From Perna viridis (lineage: Eukaryota): a stretch of DNA of 64,000 nucleotides. This document shows, in pieces, positions 53,901-63,884 of the stretch. The notes beneath the pieces are model-generated. The model saw only the letters and a program-made list of their open reading frames with translations. It was not told where the DNA came from and ran no database searches. The position numbers and the translations under genes are program-made. Within the stretch, counting starts at the first letter, position 1. Each line of letters begins with the position of its first letter. Location of the stretch: the NCBI GenBank assembly GCA_037379345.1, contig CM074511.1:2542001-2606000 (forward strand). The letters are read 5' to 3'.

Positions 53901-56900
53901 CAGATCAGAACCATTTGTAATGTGTATCTAGTAATACTTTGAATTGCTGGTGGTAATAAATTTTGGAGATAATTTTGGGCATTTCTGCTTTGAATATTAT
54001 GAAAAAGTTGTAGTTTTCTTTGGTGTCTTCTTTTTGATAATGGTTTTAAGCCACTTCGCGATAAAGATGAAAACTAAGAGTAAAAGTAGGTAATCTTGTG
54101 ATGATTCTTGCGGCTTCAAGTTGTAACTCAAGATGCGTTGAGTTAATTACTCTGCAGTTATCCCAGACTTCACAATTATATTCGAATAATGGGCGTGTAT
54201 AATTGATATAAAATTTATTAATATTATTACCACTTTATCTATATTTTAATGTTTGTAACATGTTTATAAATGTTTTGTGATATTTTTTATCATGTCATGT
54301 ATATGGAACATCCACTTTGCATCTTGTGATAAAGTTATTCCCAGATGGTAATGATTTTGTTTGATAGGTATAGTTCTGTCATTGAGGGAGAATGATAGTT
54401 CATCTTCATTAGTGTTAGTAAAGACCATTATTTCTGTTTTTCTAGATTAAATTCCACTGTTGTGACCAAAAGCTTCTAGATCTTTATCAATAACATTCTG
54501 TATTTCTTGTGGATTATCAATAGAATAATTTAAGGAAGTGTCATCTGCAAATATTCATGTTAATGATATTTTGAACATTTGGCATCCCTTTTTTCCCAAT
54601 AGTAGTTTTTCATATTTATGGAATGCAAGCCATTCTAGCAAGTTTTTCAAAGGGACGTAACCCACCAATAACCTGGTTGGGGGGTCTCATTGGGGAAAGG
54701 GAAAACAGTAAACATTTGTCTTAGAAATTTAAACTATTTTCACTTCAGTAAGAACCTGAATGATTTGAAATGACTTATTTAAAAGTATCCAAGTACTTAC
54801 GTTATCCATTTCTCCAATTTGACAGTAAACCAGTCTGATGGATTACAAATTTGTAGGAAGTTACTCCCCTTTGCTTAAAATCTTAAATAACTAAGCCAAA
54901 GTTGGAATATGAAAAAGGACTCTTACATAGCTGGTATCACTGAATATTCCATTAATGCCCCCCCCTTTTTTTTTATCTCTTTAAATTGATGGTGCATACA
55001 GGTTTGATAAGATGTCTATAAGGTATATTATTTGTTGGGTATTGACTTCAATGGTTGTTTGTAGTCAAGTCAAATACATTGGTTTTCCAAACTAAGTGTC
55101 AAATTTTCATTAAATTACTTAATAATATCTACGTACCCATATTCTAATAAAATTTTGACAAACAAAAAATTTATAATAATGAAAAGAAGTACTTTTGTAA
55201 GACATAATACTATCCAGATGATATCTTATCCTTTGGAAATTATTTCACATTACTTTTTTTCAAGAGGATATTTTTTCAATGAAAAATTTTCCACACATAT
55301 TAAATTGTTTTCACTACTTGCACAATAATATACAGTTATTAAATGGGTTGGATGCAATAGACCAGAATATTTGTCCTGAGGTGCTGAGAACACTTGATCA
55401 TTCTCAGTACCAAAGGACAAATGTTCTGGTCTATTTCATCCAACCCATTTAATAACTGTTTTATTACATAATTTGTCTATGAGATATAATAAAGAATGGA
55501 AATGGGGAATATGTGAAAGAGACAACCATTCGACCAGGAATAGGAAATTGACTGCTCCATGTTTACGAATTGGCAGACGAGAGTCACATCTACGTTTTTA
55601 CACATGAGTTTTTTGTGTGTAAATTCCAATTCAATGAAGCACTTAAAAAAAGTTCAACCAATCAAAAGGCTTAGATAAAGGTCATTATGGGGTCAGTGCA
55701 ATAGACTCCTCAAGGAGACTATTGCACCATGCAATAGTACATCGACAGTGCAATAGATCGCCCTGTCCTGAATAAATTTTGAAAATAGAGAAAAATATGT
55801 GTATATTTAATAAACAAGATAAAACCTTATAATAATGTAATAATATTTGCTATAATTTATTATGAAAAAGTCAGAGGCATTCCTAATTGTACACAGCATA
55901 TTATTTCTCACTACAGTATTAAATATCAAGAAAATAGTTGACAGAGTGAGCAAAATTCTTAATTGTACACAGGATATTATTTTGTACTATTAAATAATAT
56001 CCTGAATATAATTCACATATGAAGAGTGAATAGAATTCATGCTGTCGATAAAATGGATGATATTTATCAATTAAACAATATCCTGAATGAAAAACTATGT
56101 GAAAAACATCCCATGAAATATCATTAAGGATACTTATTAATATCTGAAAACATCCTGGATAACATGTCATATCAAAAACTATCCAATTTTTTTAACACCT
56201 GTGACTGTGAACCCCACAAAATACCAAGCCCCACTTTCTTACACGACCCCTACAGAAAACCCTTTCAGACACTTGTATGATTAATTGTCATAAGGTTGAG
56301 TATGGAAACAATTTAATAGCCATGGACAACATTTGACTTTTAAAATATCCCTGGATTAAATTTGATGTTATTTTTTTCTGGTGAAAAGTATTTCACTCAG
56401 AATACTATTGGATGTTACACTTTCATGGTATTATGTTGCATGTACTTACTTTAAAGGGTTTTTGATGTGCTGTTTTCCTCTAAACAGACTGAACTATGGT
56501 AATATATACACGTGTGTATCTTAAAAAGTATATTAGCAAACTGTTTTAAATTGGAAACAAATTGTCCCATTATTTCTATTTAGTTTCTTCAACAGTTTTT
56601 AACCTTACATAGACTAAACTGACTTTTTACCATGACTGAATATAAAATCAAATATCCATAATACAATGAGAATGGATATGGTCAAAGAGACAACAACCGA
56701 GATAGAAGTCTCATTGGATTGTAAGTTGGTACATTTCTGATGAGTCTTGGGTGACCAATCAGTGATTAATTCGGTTGTATCTGAAGTATTGAGTTTTAGT
56801 TTGGCAATCAATAAGATAATGTTATGTTAATCTAGTATTTCCTCAATGTACTGTTATTTCATTAATAATTAAAAAAAAAATCTTTACACATAATCGTAAG

Positions 56901-58031
56901 AAATTTGCCTCTCTTAAAGTTTTTATCAATCTAACCCTATATGGCATGCATATTTATATTTATTTCACTTTCAAGATATTTTATATAATTTATGAGGTAT
57001 GTTCTATTTTTAATTGGATATCTAATAAATTTTATAAGATATCTTGTATAATGTACAGTTAACAAGATATTATATTAAATATATGAGACATCTGATGAAG
57101 TATACAAGATATCTTATAAAATTAATGAGATATCTTATATACTATACAAGATGACTCATATATTTAATGAGATATCTTAAAGAGAAAAACGGATAAGATA
57201 TCTCATATCATTTATAAGATATCTTATAAAGAATGTATGATATCTCATAAACTTTATAAGATATCTTATAACTGAACTGGCATGCCGTATTTATAGTTTT
57301 TCCATGTTCAAGATATCTTTCATACTTTACAAGATATCTTATAAAGAATATAAGGTATCTCATGAACTTTATAAGAACTTCTTTAAGATATCTTGAACAT
57401 GGAATAAATATAAATATGGTGTGCCATAACCCTCATCCTGTTTGTATTTCGTTTGTAGCAGTTATTAGCTGTTGCATATTAAGGCAACCTTTTCATACAT
57501 TTTATCCTTAAAAAAGATATTAAGGATCTAACATTGCTAAGAGTGCAAGACAGAGAAATCTCAAAAACCTAATGGTATTAAAATCTCAAGTTCTCTAATG
57601 AGGCTCCTGATGAGTTAAAGAACATTGAAATCTTATCTGACGGTGTCTGAGATTTCCTATTCTTGCAATTTCTAGTGTATTCTTTTACTCACTTTTAAAA
57701 GTATTATAAAAAGTTTAATTGTGATGTCACAAGTAGTGTTTGAGGTGAGGAAAATTCATGGCTTAAAATAGGAATATCCTTGTCTCTTTTGTTATGAAAT
57801 ATCATTCAATTGATTTTTTTTAAACACATCATGTTTTTTTTTATATTTCTTTATCTTAATGATATTTGGTTCTTTATTTCAGGAGCAATGGGTGGTATTG
57901 CCATAGGAATGATAATACTTGGGATTATTGTAGCGTTTGCTGGATTTATGATTTATCTTAAAGTTGCTCACAAAACTACGGATGATATTGCCATACAATT
58001 CAAGCGACATTTTGATGAAAGTGACTCATAA
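20956..58031 (+). CDS. 21-exon gene for a ~989-aa type I membrane protein: signal peptide, 2 LolA/ependymin-like domains, SEA-like region, 4 PAN/Apple domains, TM
   Basis: Manual join of 20956-20961, 27318-27426, 30209-30403, 30617-30750, 32392-32500, 33919-34079, 34557-34673, 35171-35279, 35834-36012, 37067-37171, 38082-38168, 39400-39523, 40580-40753, 41325-41549, 44658-44770, 45694-45763, 46230-46466, 49073-49315, 50162-50398, 52832-52918, 57883-58031. All introns are GT-AG, phases are consistent, total 2970 nt with no internal stop. Exon 1 is the least certain. Confidence 0.85.
21300..22060 (+). mobile_element. 5'-truncated non-LTR retrotransposon 3' end
   Basis: ORF ending at 21842 has a C-terminal CKLC...HATKNC zinc-knuckle-like motif, followed by a 3' UTR and a (GAAT)n tail at 22024-22060. 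Confidence 0.65.
22365..22720. repeat. Interspersed repeat fragment (bivalve PLE/SINE-like)
   Basis: gatgtggtatgattgccaatgagaca...caggttccaggcttgggacag; related pieces near 4700, 45880, 55495 and 56665. Confidence 0.45.
22775..23066. repeat. 49-bp minisatellite, ~6 copies
   Basis: Unit gtacctttgtatccacctcagtactcactgtttctgtaagatagaaact. Confidence 0.95.
23175..23368. mobile_element. Short MITE-like repeat (ggatccag...tctggatccgccc family)
   Basis: An inverted relative lies at 24560-24740 and a similar element at 34200-34345. Confidence 0.5.
23560..23900 (-). mobile_element. Naiad-type RT C-terminal fragment
   Basis: TKLYNKRIDVSFLIVNFPFLDADAPLAPSYGLYISQFVRYARV. Confidence 0.75.
26803..26955. 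repeat. 26-bp minisatellite, ~6 copies
   Basis: Unit ggcatgaacttagccaaacttcctaa. Confidence 0.9.
27318..27426 (+). CDS. Exon 2 (signal peptide)
   Basis: GSRSRSGLSVYLVLVLYVQYASTQTQYCQKPVSDPN; AG/GT borders. Confidence 0.8.
27515..27928. repeat. ~25-bp minisatellite
   Basis: Unit gtagatctggtaggatattttatgt. Confidence 0.95.
30209..30403 (+). CDS. Exon 3 (LolA-like domain 1)
   Basis: APKFPELPQSFQTRITAAIIDKNYTMSAEEYFDFNNNLAS...LIFDYANDQLFYVQ. Confidence 0.87.
30617..30750 (+). CDS. Exon 4
   Basis: PDNSCVTHNL...GVLHFAKTYGE. Confidence 0.87.
32110..32315. repeat. 39-bp minisatellite, ~5 copies
   Basis: Unit cgtaggtcatacttgtatggccatatatctatacatcta. Confidence 0.95.
32392..32500 (+). CDS. Exon 5
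   Basis: KYLGQTQVRGVYVDHWQTCMYW...LDYYFA. Confidence 0.87.
32608..33086. repeat. G-rich ~19-bp degenerate minisatellite
   Basis: Unit ggatacataggtggtggga; generates the spurious Pro/His-rich minus-strand ORFs. Confidence 0.92.
33919..34079 (+). CDS. Exon 6
   Basis: VNTWQTASGWQQLPIRAEING...HHYYDYTDFRP...VFE. Confidence 0.87.
34557..34673 (+). CDS. Exon 7
   Basis: TPSGVVCPGRKQTRAVPQLKNAFKYREEI...EVD. Confidence 0.87.
34671..34956. repeat. 32-bp minisatellite beginning at the exon 7 donor, ~9 copies
   Basis: Unit gatgtaggtattactatgatgaagtgcagtga. Confidence 0.93.
35171..35279 (+). CDS. Exon 8 (LolA-like domain 2)
   Basis: VYYDQNYNMLRYDF...EIHDYNTG. Confidence 0.88.
35270..35413. repeat. 23-bp minisatellite spanning the exon 8 donor, ~6 copies
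   Basis: Unit tataatacaggtatagataacac. Confidence 0.9.
35834..36012 (+). CDS. Exon 9
   Basis: GVAYAIDKAVQNCSIIPI...MKSPAQIF...FEGQ. Confidence 0.88.
37067..37171 (+). CDS. Exon 10
   Basis: RYARGLLCDVFIS...EYYFLA. Confidence 0.87.
37350..38035. repeat. Degenerate ~48-bp minisatellite
   Basis: Core atcctgtaactggcaggtgcttgttgtcacattagatatgctatgtc. Confidence 0.85.
38082..38168 (+). CDS. Exon 11
   Basis: DGVKNSNNDG...IPIQLIVTLPG. Confidence 0.82.
38426..38672. repeat. 32-33-bp minisatellite, ~7 copies
   Basis: Unit caattgctcaccattatccttagggtatctac. Confidence 0.95.
39400..39523 (+). CDS. Exon 12
   Basis: PVTTITYQFYDF...DFDISPCF...FKLTFY. Confidence 0.87.
39689..40287 (+). mobile_element. 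Non-autonomous Helentron-associated (HINE/DINE-like) element
   Basis: 5' tttttagctcacctg...gtgagcta followed by a gtc microsatellite; 3' subterminal caggtgagcg plus hairpin aggctcctgggagact; inserted in a T-run. Confidence 0.75.
40433..40610. repeat. 49-bp tandem repeat spanning the exon 13 acceptor, ~3.6 copies
   Basis: Units start at 40433, 40482, 40531 and 40580. Confidence 0.95.
40580..40753 (+). CDS. Exon 13
   Basis: GTFDPSVRLYKDFFF...GASPIRF...VATLVDAAPTL. Confidence 0.82.
41325..41549 (+). CDS. Exon 14 (PAN/Apple domain 1)
   Basis: SASDCANYCYSNKNFTCLSFDFCPSSKVCSIS...CSHY; phase 1-1. Confidence 0.9.
43330..44310 (+). mobile_element. Highly decayed LINE fragments
   Basis: AI*NLKCNESHGPDEILNEYF (~43465-43530) and YADDLLL (~44175). 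Confidence 0.55.
43560..43730. repeat. 54-bp minisatellite, ~3 copies
   Basis: Unit ctatattgtcctatgtataagagttttctctccactggctggtgatacttactc. Confidence 0.92.
44658..44770 (+). CDS. Exon 15
   Basis: KTINVASKPEVDLQTAWMNLKNNVTKGAVSITINFPNK. Confidence 0.83.
45694..45763 (+). CDS. Exon 16
   Basis: NQIYTASDISNAIVTDNSRNPST; phases fit. Confidence 0.8.
46230..46466 (+). CDS. Exon 17 (PAN/Apple domain 2)
   Basis: SVDDCASSCIAEEYFQCASFEYDYNAATCVLS...VDLYI. Confidence 0.9.
47714..48243 (+). mobile_element. HINE-like element, same family as 39689-40287
   Basis: agctcacctggcc at the 5' end; caggtgagtgattcaggctcttgggagcct at the 3' end. Confidence 0.7.
49073..49315 (+). CDS. Exon 18 (PAN/Apple domain 3)
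   Basis: QCAKLCVDYTGFTCKSFDYCEDIGACFLG...CNHYS. Confidence 0.9.
50162..50398 (+). CDS. Exon 19 (PAN/Apple domain 4)
   Basis: QCAKLCVDEETFSCASFNYCGNYTECRLT...CDLYT. Confidence 0.9.
50371..50696. repeat. ~52-bp minisatellite spanning the exon 19 donor, ~6 copies
   Basis: Unit ccaatgctttatgtgatcttcacacatgtaagtgcttcagtcataacacatg. Confidence 0.93.
51545..52500 (-). mobile_element. Naiad-type PLE fragment with 3' UTR (copy A3), intronic
   Basis: Colinear with ~2200-3190; contains GTNCA..DLFFHSYEADFIADL and SASYLDLHLE. Confidence 0.85.
52832..52918 (+). CDS. Exon 20 (juxtamembrane)
   Basis: RQTFPDGTGYTSNPAKYYNIKPQKSGFSG. Confidence 0.83.
53330..54575 (-). mobile_element. Decayed CR1/L2-group LINE 3' fragment
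   Basis: FADDTSL at ~54535-54555, then similarity to the 6731-7651 ORF (RPLFEY.CEVWDNC, LQLEAARIIT). Confidence 0.7.
55324..55466. repeat. Long near-perfect inverted repeat (hairpin), Crypton/MITE-like
   Basis: acagttattaaatgggttggatg...gagaa pairs with ttctc...catccaacccatttaataactgt. Confidence 0.85.
56940..57428. mobile_element. AT-rich MITE with TIRs and internal aagatatctt repeats
   Basis: tatggcatgcatatttatatttattt at the left end, aataaatataaatatggtgtgccata at the right end; a second left-end copy at ~57278. Confidence 0.65.
57883..58031 (+). CDS. Exon 21 (TM helix and cytoplasmic tail)
   Basis: GAMGGIAIGMIILGIIVAFAGFMIYLKVAHKTTDDIAIQFKRHFDESDS*. Confidence 0.88.
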
Positions 58032-58577
58032 GACTTGAACATTGTTTTATGCTGGAGAACTCTACATATTCACTTGTTTAAGGAGAATTTACACTATGCA
58101 GATGCAGCAAAATATTTCAGTTTGTTGACTAAGAAATGTGCTAGATTTTGTTTATTTTGATGTACAAGCACATTTTAAACACTCACTTTAAAACATCTAC
58201 ATGTTTCTCATGCATTGGTACTACTTCATTAAGTATATTGTTGTCCCTGCACAAGCTGCAGGCATTTACTAATTTTTTTCTTAATTTTGTTATTAATTGT
58301 AAGCATCAGATTTGATTACATTGTGTTATTACTAGACAGGAGTAAGATGCCCGTTTTATTGTTTCAATGGTCGGTGACAGTGAAGGTTAAATTGATACAG
58401 ATACTATAGATATGACTGCTATTTGGTTATACAGTTGTTCAAATCCATTCAGAAAAAAGTTGATAGGTCATTATATGGTACCCACCTAATAAACATAGGT
58501 ATTCACTGTATCAACGGCAAGCCATTGTATGTATTTGTGTCATATGTACTTCATCAGTATTACTATTATTAATGTGC

Positions 58578-58583
58578 AATAAA
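58578..58583 (+). terminator. Candidate polyadenylation signal of the PAN-domain gene
   Basis: AATAAA ~550 nt after the stop, followed by a T-rich tract. Confidence 0.45.
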
Positions 58584-58624
58584 TTTTCATATTTAACACT
58601 TTATTATTCTTTTTTTTGAAGAAG

Positions 58625-59400
58625 AACGTAGATATTCCTCACAGAAAAGCTTCTGTACCAAGGATATCATAAACTTCTTAAAACATTAATTATGTTTGTT
58701 CACTAAACTTTGATACAAAAATATAACAGCAAGTTCTTAAATTAAGATGGCATTACTCACAGTGTTTAATGGAAGTATAGTCTATAAAGCACATTCTTTC
58801 AAACAAAATCCAATGGTTTAATTAATTGCCCTTAACAGATTTATTTGTAAAGAATATGATTTTCAATTTCTTGTCTATTCCTTGAACCTAGTATTCACAA
58901 ATAGAGATATTTGACCCCTAATTGCATCTCTACCTGAAAAAGTAATTTCTGAGTATTAGAAATACTTCTATTATTTCTATGCTCGTTTTGATGGTATTGT
59001 CTTGTGTTCTGAGCTAGCTTGCTACAACCGCAAAAAATGTGCAAGTGAAAATCTCACTCTGTCTATATGTTGTATGTTGAGGTAATTCATGCAGAGAATT
59101 GGGTGTATTACTGAGTGAATTTATGGCTGTCTGTTGTGACAGTTCATTTTTGACCTTATAAACCTAGTTTGTTTCAAGCACAGATTTTTTGCAACTGTCC
59201 ACAGTCAAGAGATGTTGGTCACTAATGTGTCCTTGTGTTTTTAGTTTACTTTCAAGTTTATTTTTAAGAAGTGTCATTGTTCTGTTTTTCATGGATTTTA
59301 TTACATTAGGTGAAAGGTGCCTTTCAGAGCTTACTTTAAGGTTTGTGATTACATCTACTGAAGACCTAATTTTGATTTCTGAAACTATTTAATATTTAGG
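58625..59400 (+). mobile_element. Naiad subfamily B 3' fragment and probable UTR
   Basis: 58635-58900 matches the reverse complement of 17620-17890; 59210-59370 matches the reverse complement of 25555-25705. Confidence 0.65.
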
Positions 59401-59702
59401 TTATATCAAACTTCAACAGCAAAGCATTTTACTTCATTCTGCCTAAAGTTAGAAGTGCTAGAGGATGCCCACAAAATCACGGTCGATTGAGCTAAGTATG
59501 GACACAGTACTAATTTGACGGATCCATAGAAAATGCGTAATCATGGTAAAGGCTCTACAATCATCAACCATACATCAATGGTGTACAGTTTTGTTCAAAT
59601 TGCTTTAATGGTTTAAGAGGAGTTGACCATTAACCTTTCAAAAGGGGGACTTGGTTTTCTTTAAGACTCAGAATTGGTTTTGGCATAATGTACTTTTCTC
59701 AG

Positions 59703-59812
59703 AGTAATCAAGGGAACCAAGGTTATAGCGGTAATCAAAAGAATGCAATCCAGACAAAGACCAGACATGGAAAACAGACCTACACAACAAAGAACACAAA
59801 GTAACTAAAAAA
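59703..59812 (-). repeat. Isolated Naiad A 3'-terminal fragment
   Basis: Near-identical to 2095-2205. Confidence 0.8.
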
Positions 59813-61030
59813 TCTAACGCATGTAAGCGAATTATTTTTTTTTTATTCACATTACTTATTTTTTAACCCTTGCTGACCAGAATATTTTTTCTCCAAAGTC
59901 AGGATTGAAAATTTTTTAACAATCAAAGAACAAAATCAAGCCCCTCCACCCCGGGAGTTAAATAGTGTGTCCCTAAGAAAATGGATTCCAGGTGCAAGTG
60001 TTTTTACACATAAAAAGGGGGGAGGTTAACTACCACACATTCTAAATGTGTGAAAATTTAATTTCCTGTCTGTTGTGATCCAGTCGATTTTTGGCTTTTT
60101 TGGAGGGAGGGGGGATGGGATGGAAGGGGGAGCTAGGTTGCTCGGTTGAACACCCTTTAATTTTCTGAAAATTATGCTCCACCCATGTAAAAAGTGCATA
60201 ATAAATTCTTAAATTACTCAAAACAATGGGTAGGGGATTTATGCCAGTTTACACATAAAAAGGGGGAGGGATCAGGCGCAGATGTTTACACATAGAAGGG
60301 GGAGGTTTATTTCGACATATTCTACCACTTTCCATGTCTGGATAGTTTTGCACCCAAGAAAAATGGTGGATGTCATTTAATTAAGCAAAATAATGAACTA
60401 ACAATTCTCATGTTACACATATACACGATCCAGGCAGTACGTTGATTGGGCATGTGCGAAAGCATATCATAACACACAGACCAATCATGGTCTTCAAATT
60501 TAGATATCTTCCCAAAAATTCGCATTTTCCACAGAAAAAAAGATTATTTCAAAGACAAATTTAGGAAGTACACAACTCTACATTTATACCTCATATCACA
60601 ATTATATTCAACCTTGTATGGTTTCAGAGGAATTGCAGCTCAAAGAAATCAGTCTCTTCCTTTAGTAGTATAGATGTTCAGTGATGAGTATGTTCCTTTT
60701 TGTTTATATATGTAGTTATACTTTGTTGTACCTTTTCCTTCTACAAACATCTAACACTATCATTTTTCTATATGCATATCTACATACATTGTATGATACC
60801 CCTATTTTAAATAAAGTTTCATCAAAATCTATCAATTGTTTTAGGAAGAAGATATGTGCCACAGTGAATAAATGACCATACAGAACAGTATGATTGCTTT
60901 ATTCCCCAAAACTTAGTCTGTAGAGGGATAACATCTTCGGAAAATCATAACTCTTGGAATACTAATACTAAGTTTCAATCAAACCAATTACACCACAATG
61001 CTTATATATTGTTTAACTTCTTAAAAGAGT

Positions 61031-61865
61031 CTACACTAAGTTCATAGAATGACCAGGATTCTTAGGTCTATTTACAGTAAACTTGGGTGGATTAGGTATG
61101 TAGTCTCTATTCTGCTTTAGTCTTTCAACTTCCATCAAATGTCTTCTGTGTTTCTGTAAGTAAAAACAAGATACACAGTTGATTGGTATTATACAATAAA
61201 GTGCTATGAGGTAAACTATTGTTTGATATTGTATATATGGCCTAATTTTTTTCTTGTTTTATTTGTGAACAATCACAGAAGTATACGAATAAATTTATCA
61301 AAATGAACTTTAAGTATTAGCTTTTAGCCATGAGCCCTAAGAGAATGACTAAGTCTAATTAACTGTGTTTAGTGACAATTCAAAGGAGTTTTTAATGTTC
61401 TATAGAGAAAAAATGCTGAAATTTATGGATAACTCTAATAGCTTAAAAAGTTTTTGGCACAAACTGTTATTCCTCTAGAGTGGTTATAAATAAAAGACAT
61501 GTTTATTTCCTGCAAAAATTTTTTTTTCAAGTAGTTAAAGTTTACATACAGTTTTCCTGTTTGTAAAACATTCTTGAAGATCTTCGAACTCCATTAGACA
61601 CTCTCTTCCTCTCTGTACATTCCTCAGACCAACTCGACTAGCACAGCGGACATAGTCCATTTCTTGGTCAGCACAGTGGGAACCTTGGAAACTAACCCAA
61701 TGATCTGTTCTGTTAGTCAGTGGGGAGTAAAATACAGGTAAACCAAAACCTGCCTTCAGACCAGGGTACTCTCCTTCGTTAGGGTCAACTGCTGTACCTC
61801 TGAACATATTCCTTCTAAATAACCAGTGACCAGGAGCTTCCACTACCTCTTTCTCCTTTTCAGAC
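61031..61865 (-). CDS. NDUFS5: NADH:ubiquinone oxidoreductase subunit S5 (15 kDa, twin CX9C); two exons seen, 5' exon not located
   Basis: Exons 61865-61550 and 61153-61031 (GT-AG, phase 0) give SPLT..DHWVSFQGSHCADQEMDYVRCASRVG...ECLMEFEDLQECFTNRKT|KHRRHLMEVERLKQNRDYIPNPP...*, matching the NDUFS5 pattern. Confidence 0.88.
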
Positions 61866-62484
61866 CTAGAATTATGGAATAAGTACTAATTAGGTTAAAG
61901 TTTTTGTACAACCATTGAATTGTGGAGTTTGGAGATGTTTTTCAGACATTTGGGTGAAAGCGTAAACAAATTTTATTTCCGACATCCAGATTATAGAAGA
62001 TGGATTTTCATAACAAATTCATTTTCTGTTGTTTTTGCTTGTATATTTTTATTTCTATCTTGAGGCATCTTCCCCACACACTTCAAGACTAATTTTGAAA
62101 CTAATGTTTATCAGTTTGGTAATTTTGCTATTACCCTTTACTTGCATTTACTTAATTTTAAATGTATTTAGTTCCTTTTATATTGATTTTATTTATTGTT
62201 CATATGTTCTGCATTGTTCAAATGACAACTGGTTTAAATGATACATGTTTGTGTAAAAAAAAATACTGGAATAATGCACCATAATGGAAGTGGGAAGTTA
62301 CATACACTCTAAAACCTGGTTTACATGTAACCCACCATACCTATGGGAAATGTCTGTACTAAGTCAAGACCATTGGGGTGTTTTTTTGCCCTGATGCTGC
62401 CATTTGTTACACCATACAGACTTTCCTTTTGACTGTTGCCTGGATTTTATCAGTTCTGTAATTTTGTTATTACCCTTCCTTTCA

Positions 62485-62735
62485 AAGGGTAGGGGACAAC
62501 AGTGATGTGAAGATGTGAAGTAGGATGGCATCAGTGAATTTGAAGATGTCTTTTGGAGGGTAGGATGGCAACAGTGAATGTCTTTGGGAGGGTAATATAA
62601 GGTGGCAATGGTGAGTGTAAGAGATAGCTTCAGAGTATAGGATGGCAAAAGCGAGTGTGAAGATGTCTCTGGGAGGGTAGGATGTCAACAGTGAATGTGC
62701 AAATGCTGTTGGAGGGTAATATAAAGTGGCTACAG
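62485..62735. repeat. Degenerate ~39-bp purine-rich minisatellite
   Basis: gagggtaggatggcaacagtgaatgtgaagatgtc-like units. Confidence 0.75.
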
Positions 62736-63232
62736 TAAGCAAGCTCACTCTTTAACATATAGATATTCATCTAAAAATTCATCATACTGACACTTGGGAA
62801 ACTTTTAGTAGTACTTTACTTTTGCTCTTAAATACACAGAAATTCATCTATAAATTCATCATACTAACACTAGAAAAAGTTTTGTCCAAGCAATATACTA
62901 CATAGCAATCCATTGAAGCTTCAAAAATAATAAAATGCTGGCTAGACAAAACGTTTAAAAGATGTCTTTGTTATTTATTAGGGATTACTCAAGACATTTT
63001 AAAAAAAAAAAAGCTACTTGATATAACCCTGCAAACTACGCTGAACCCTAATCTGTACATGTACTTCTGATAATTTTACACATATTCGGAATGTTCTTTG
63101 CTGTATTGGTGGAATAATTATCACCAACAATCGATAAACCGCTGTTTTACAGGTGCCAACGTTACTAATCAATGTTGAAATTCATAATTGAATGTCGCTA
63201 ACATCACAGCCCTATTTACAGAGATTCCGTTC

Positions 63233-63884
63233 CAGTGCCTGAAATAGCCACTCGCCCACTCGCCAGTGGCGATTAAAACCTTATCTGGGCGATTGAAAAG
63301 TGCTAAAAGTAGATGAAAAGCTGGCCCAAAAAAAACTGTCTGGGCGATTGATAAAAAATCGTCAAAAAATAATTACTGCGGTTATTTTTCCAGTTGTTGG
63401 TATTTAGTCCTTTCGCATGGCATACCCGAACGTCTGATAAAACAGCCACGCTGATTGGTTTAAGAATAGAATTTAAACCAATGGGAACTCAGTTGATATA
63501 ATTAATCAGAATACTTCGGATTTTATCGTAGCGATCAGGGTTTATCTTAACCGCTAACTTAATGCGGCAATGTCGAAGTAGTAAAACATTGAGCATGGAC
63601 AAATCGTGGTCTTTTTTAAAGAGAACATCGACAGCCGATGAAAAGAAACAGTCAAAATATGCAAAGTAAGAACCCTACATATTATGATTACATTTTTCGG
63701 AGTTGTAGCGTGTACTGATGAGGGGGAGGACAGCACATCGAGTAATTGCATTTATTCTCTACTCATTGCTTGGCAAAAAAAATTGGGCAAGTCATAATCA
63801 TTTTGGGTCAGTGACTTCAAATTTTTACTAGCCCAAAAAAAAATTTTCAGGCCAGCCTTTGGCTGGCCCTTATTTCAGGCACTG
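63233..63884. mobile_element. 652-bp non-autonomous DNA transposon (MITE), hAT5-like
   Basis: Perfect 14-bp TIR cagtgcctgaaata; 5-bp TSD cgttc at 63228-63232 and 63885-63889; subterminal palindromes. Confidence 0.88.

Noticed and set aside
57605-57640. Hammerhead-like CTGATGA…GAAA
   Set aside because: Three extra nucleotides lie between stem II and GAAA, and there is no convincing stem I/III or NUH site.
59350-59395. Minimal hammerhead or SECIS in the Naiad B UTR (ctgaagacc…gaaac; relative at ~25545-25570)
   Set aside because: The core differs between the two copies and stems cannot be built in both.
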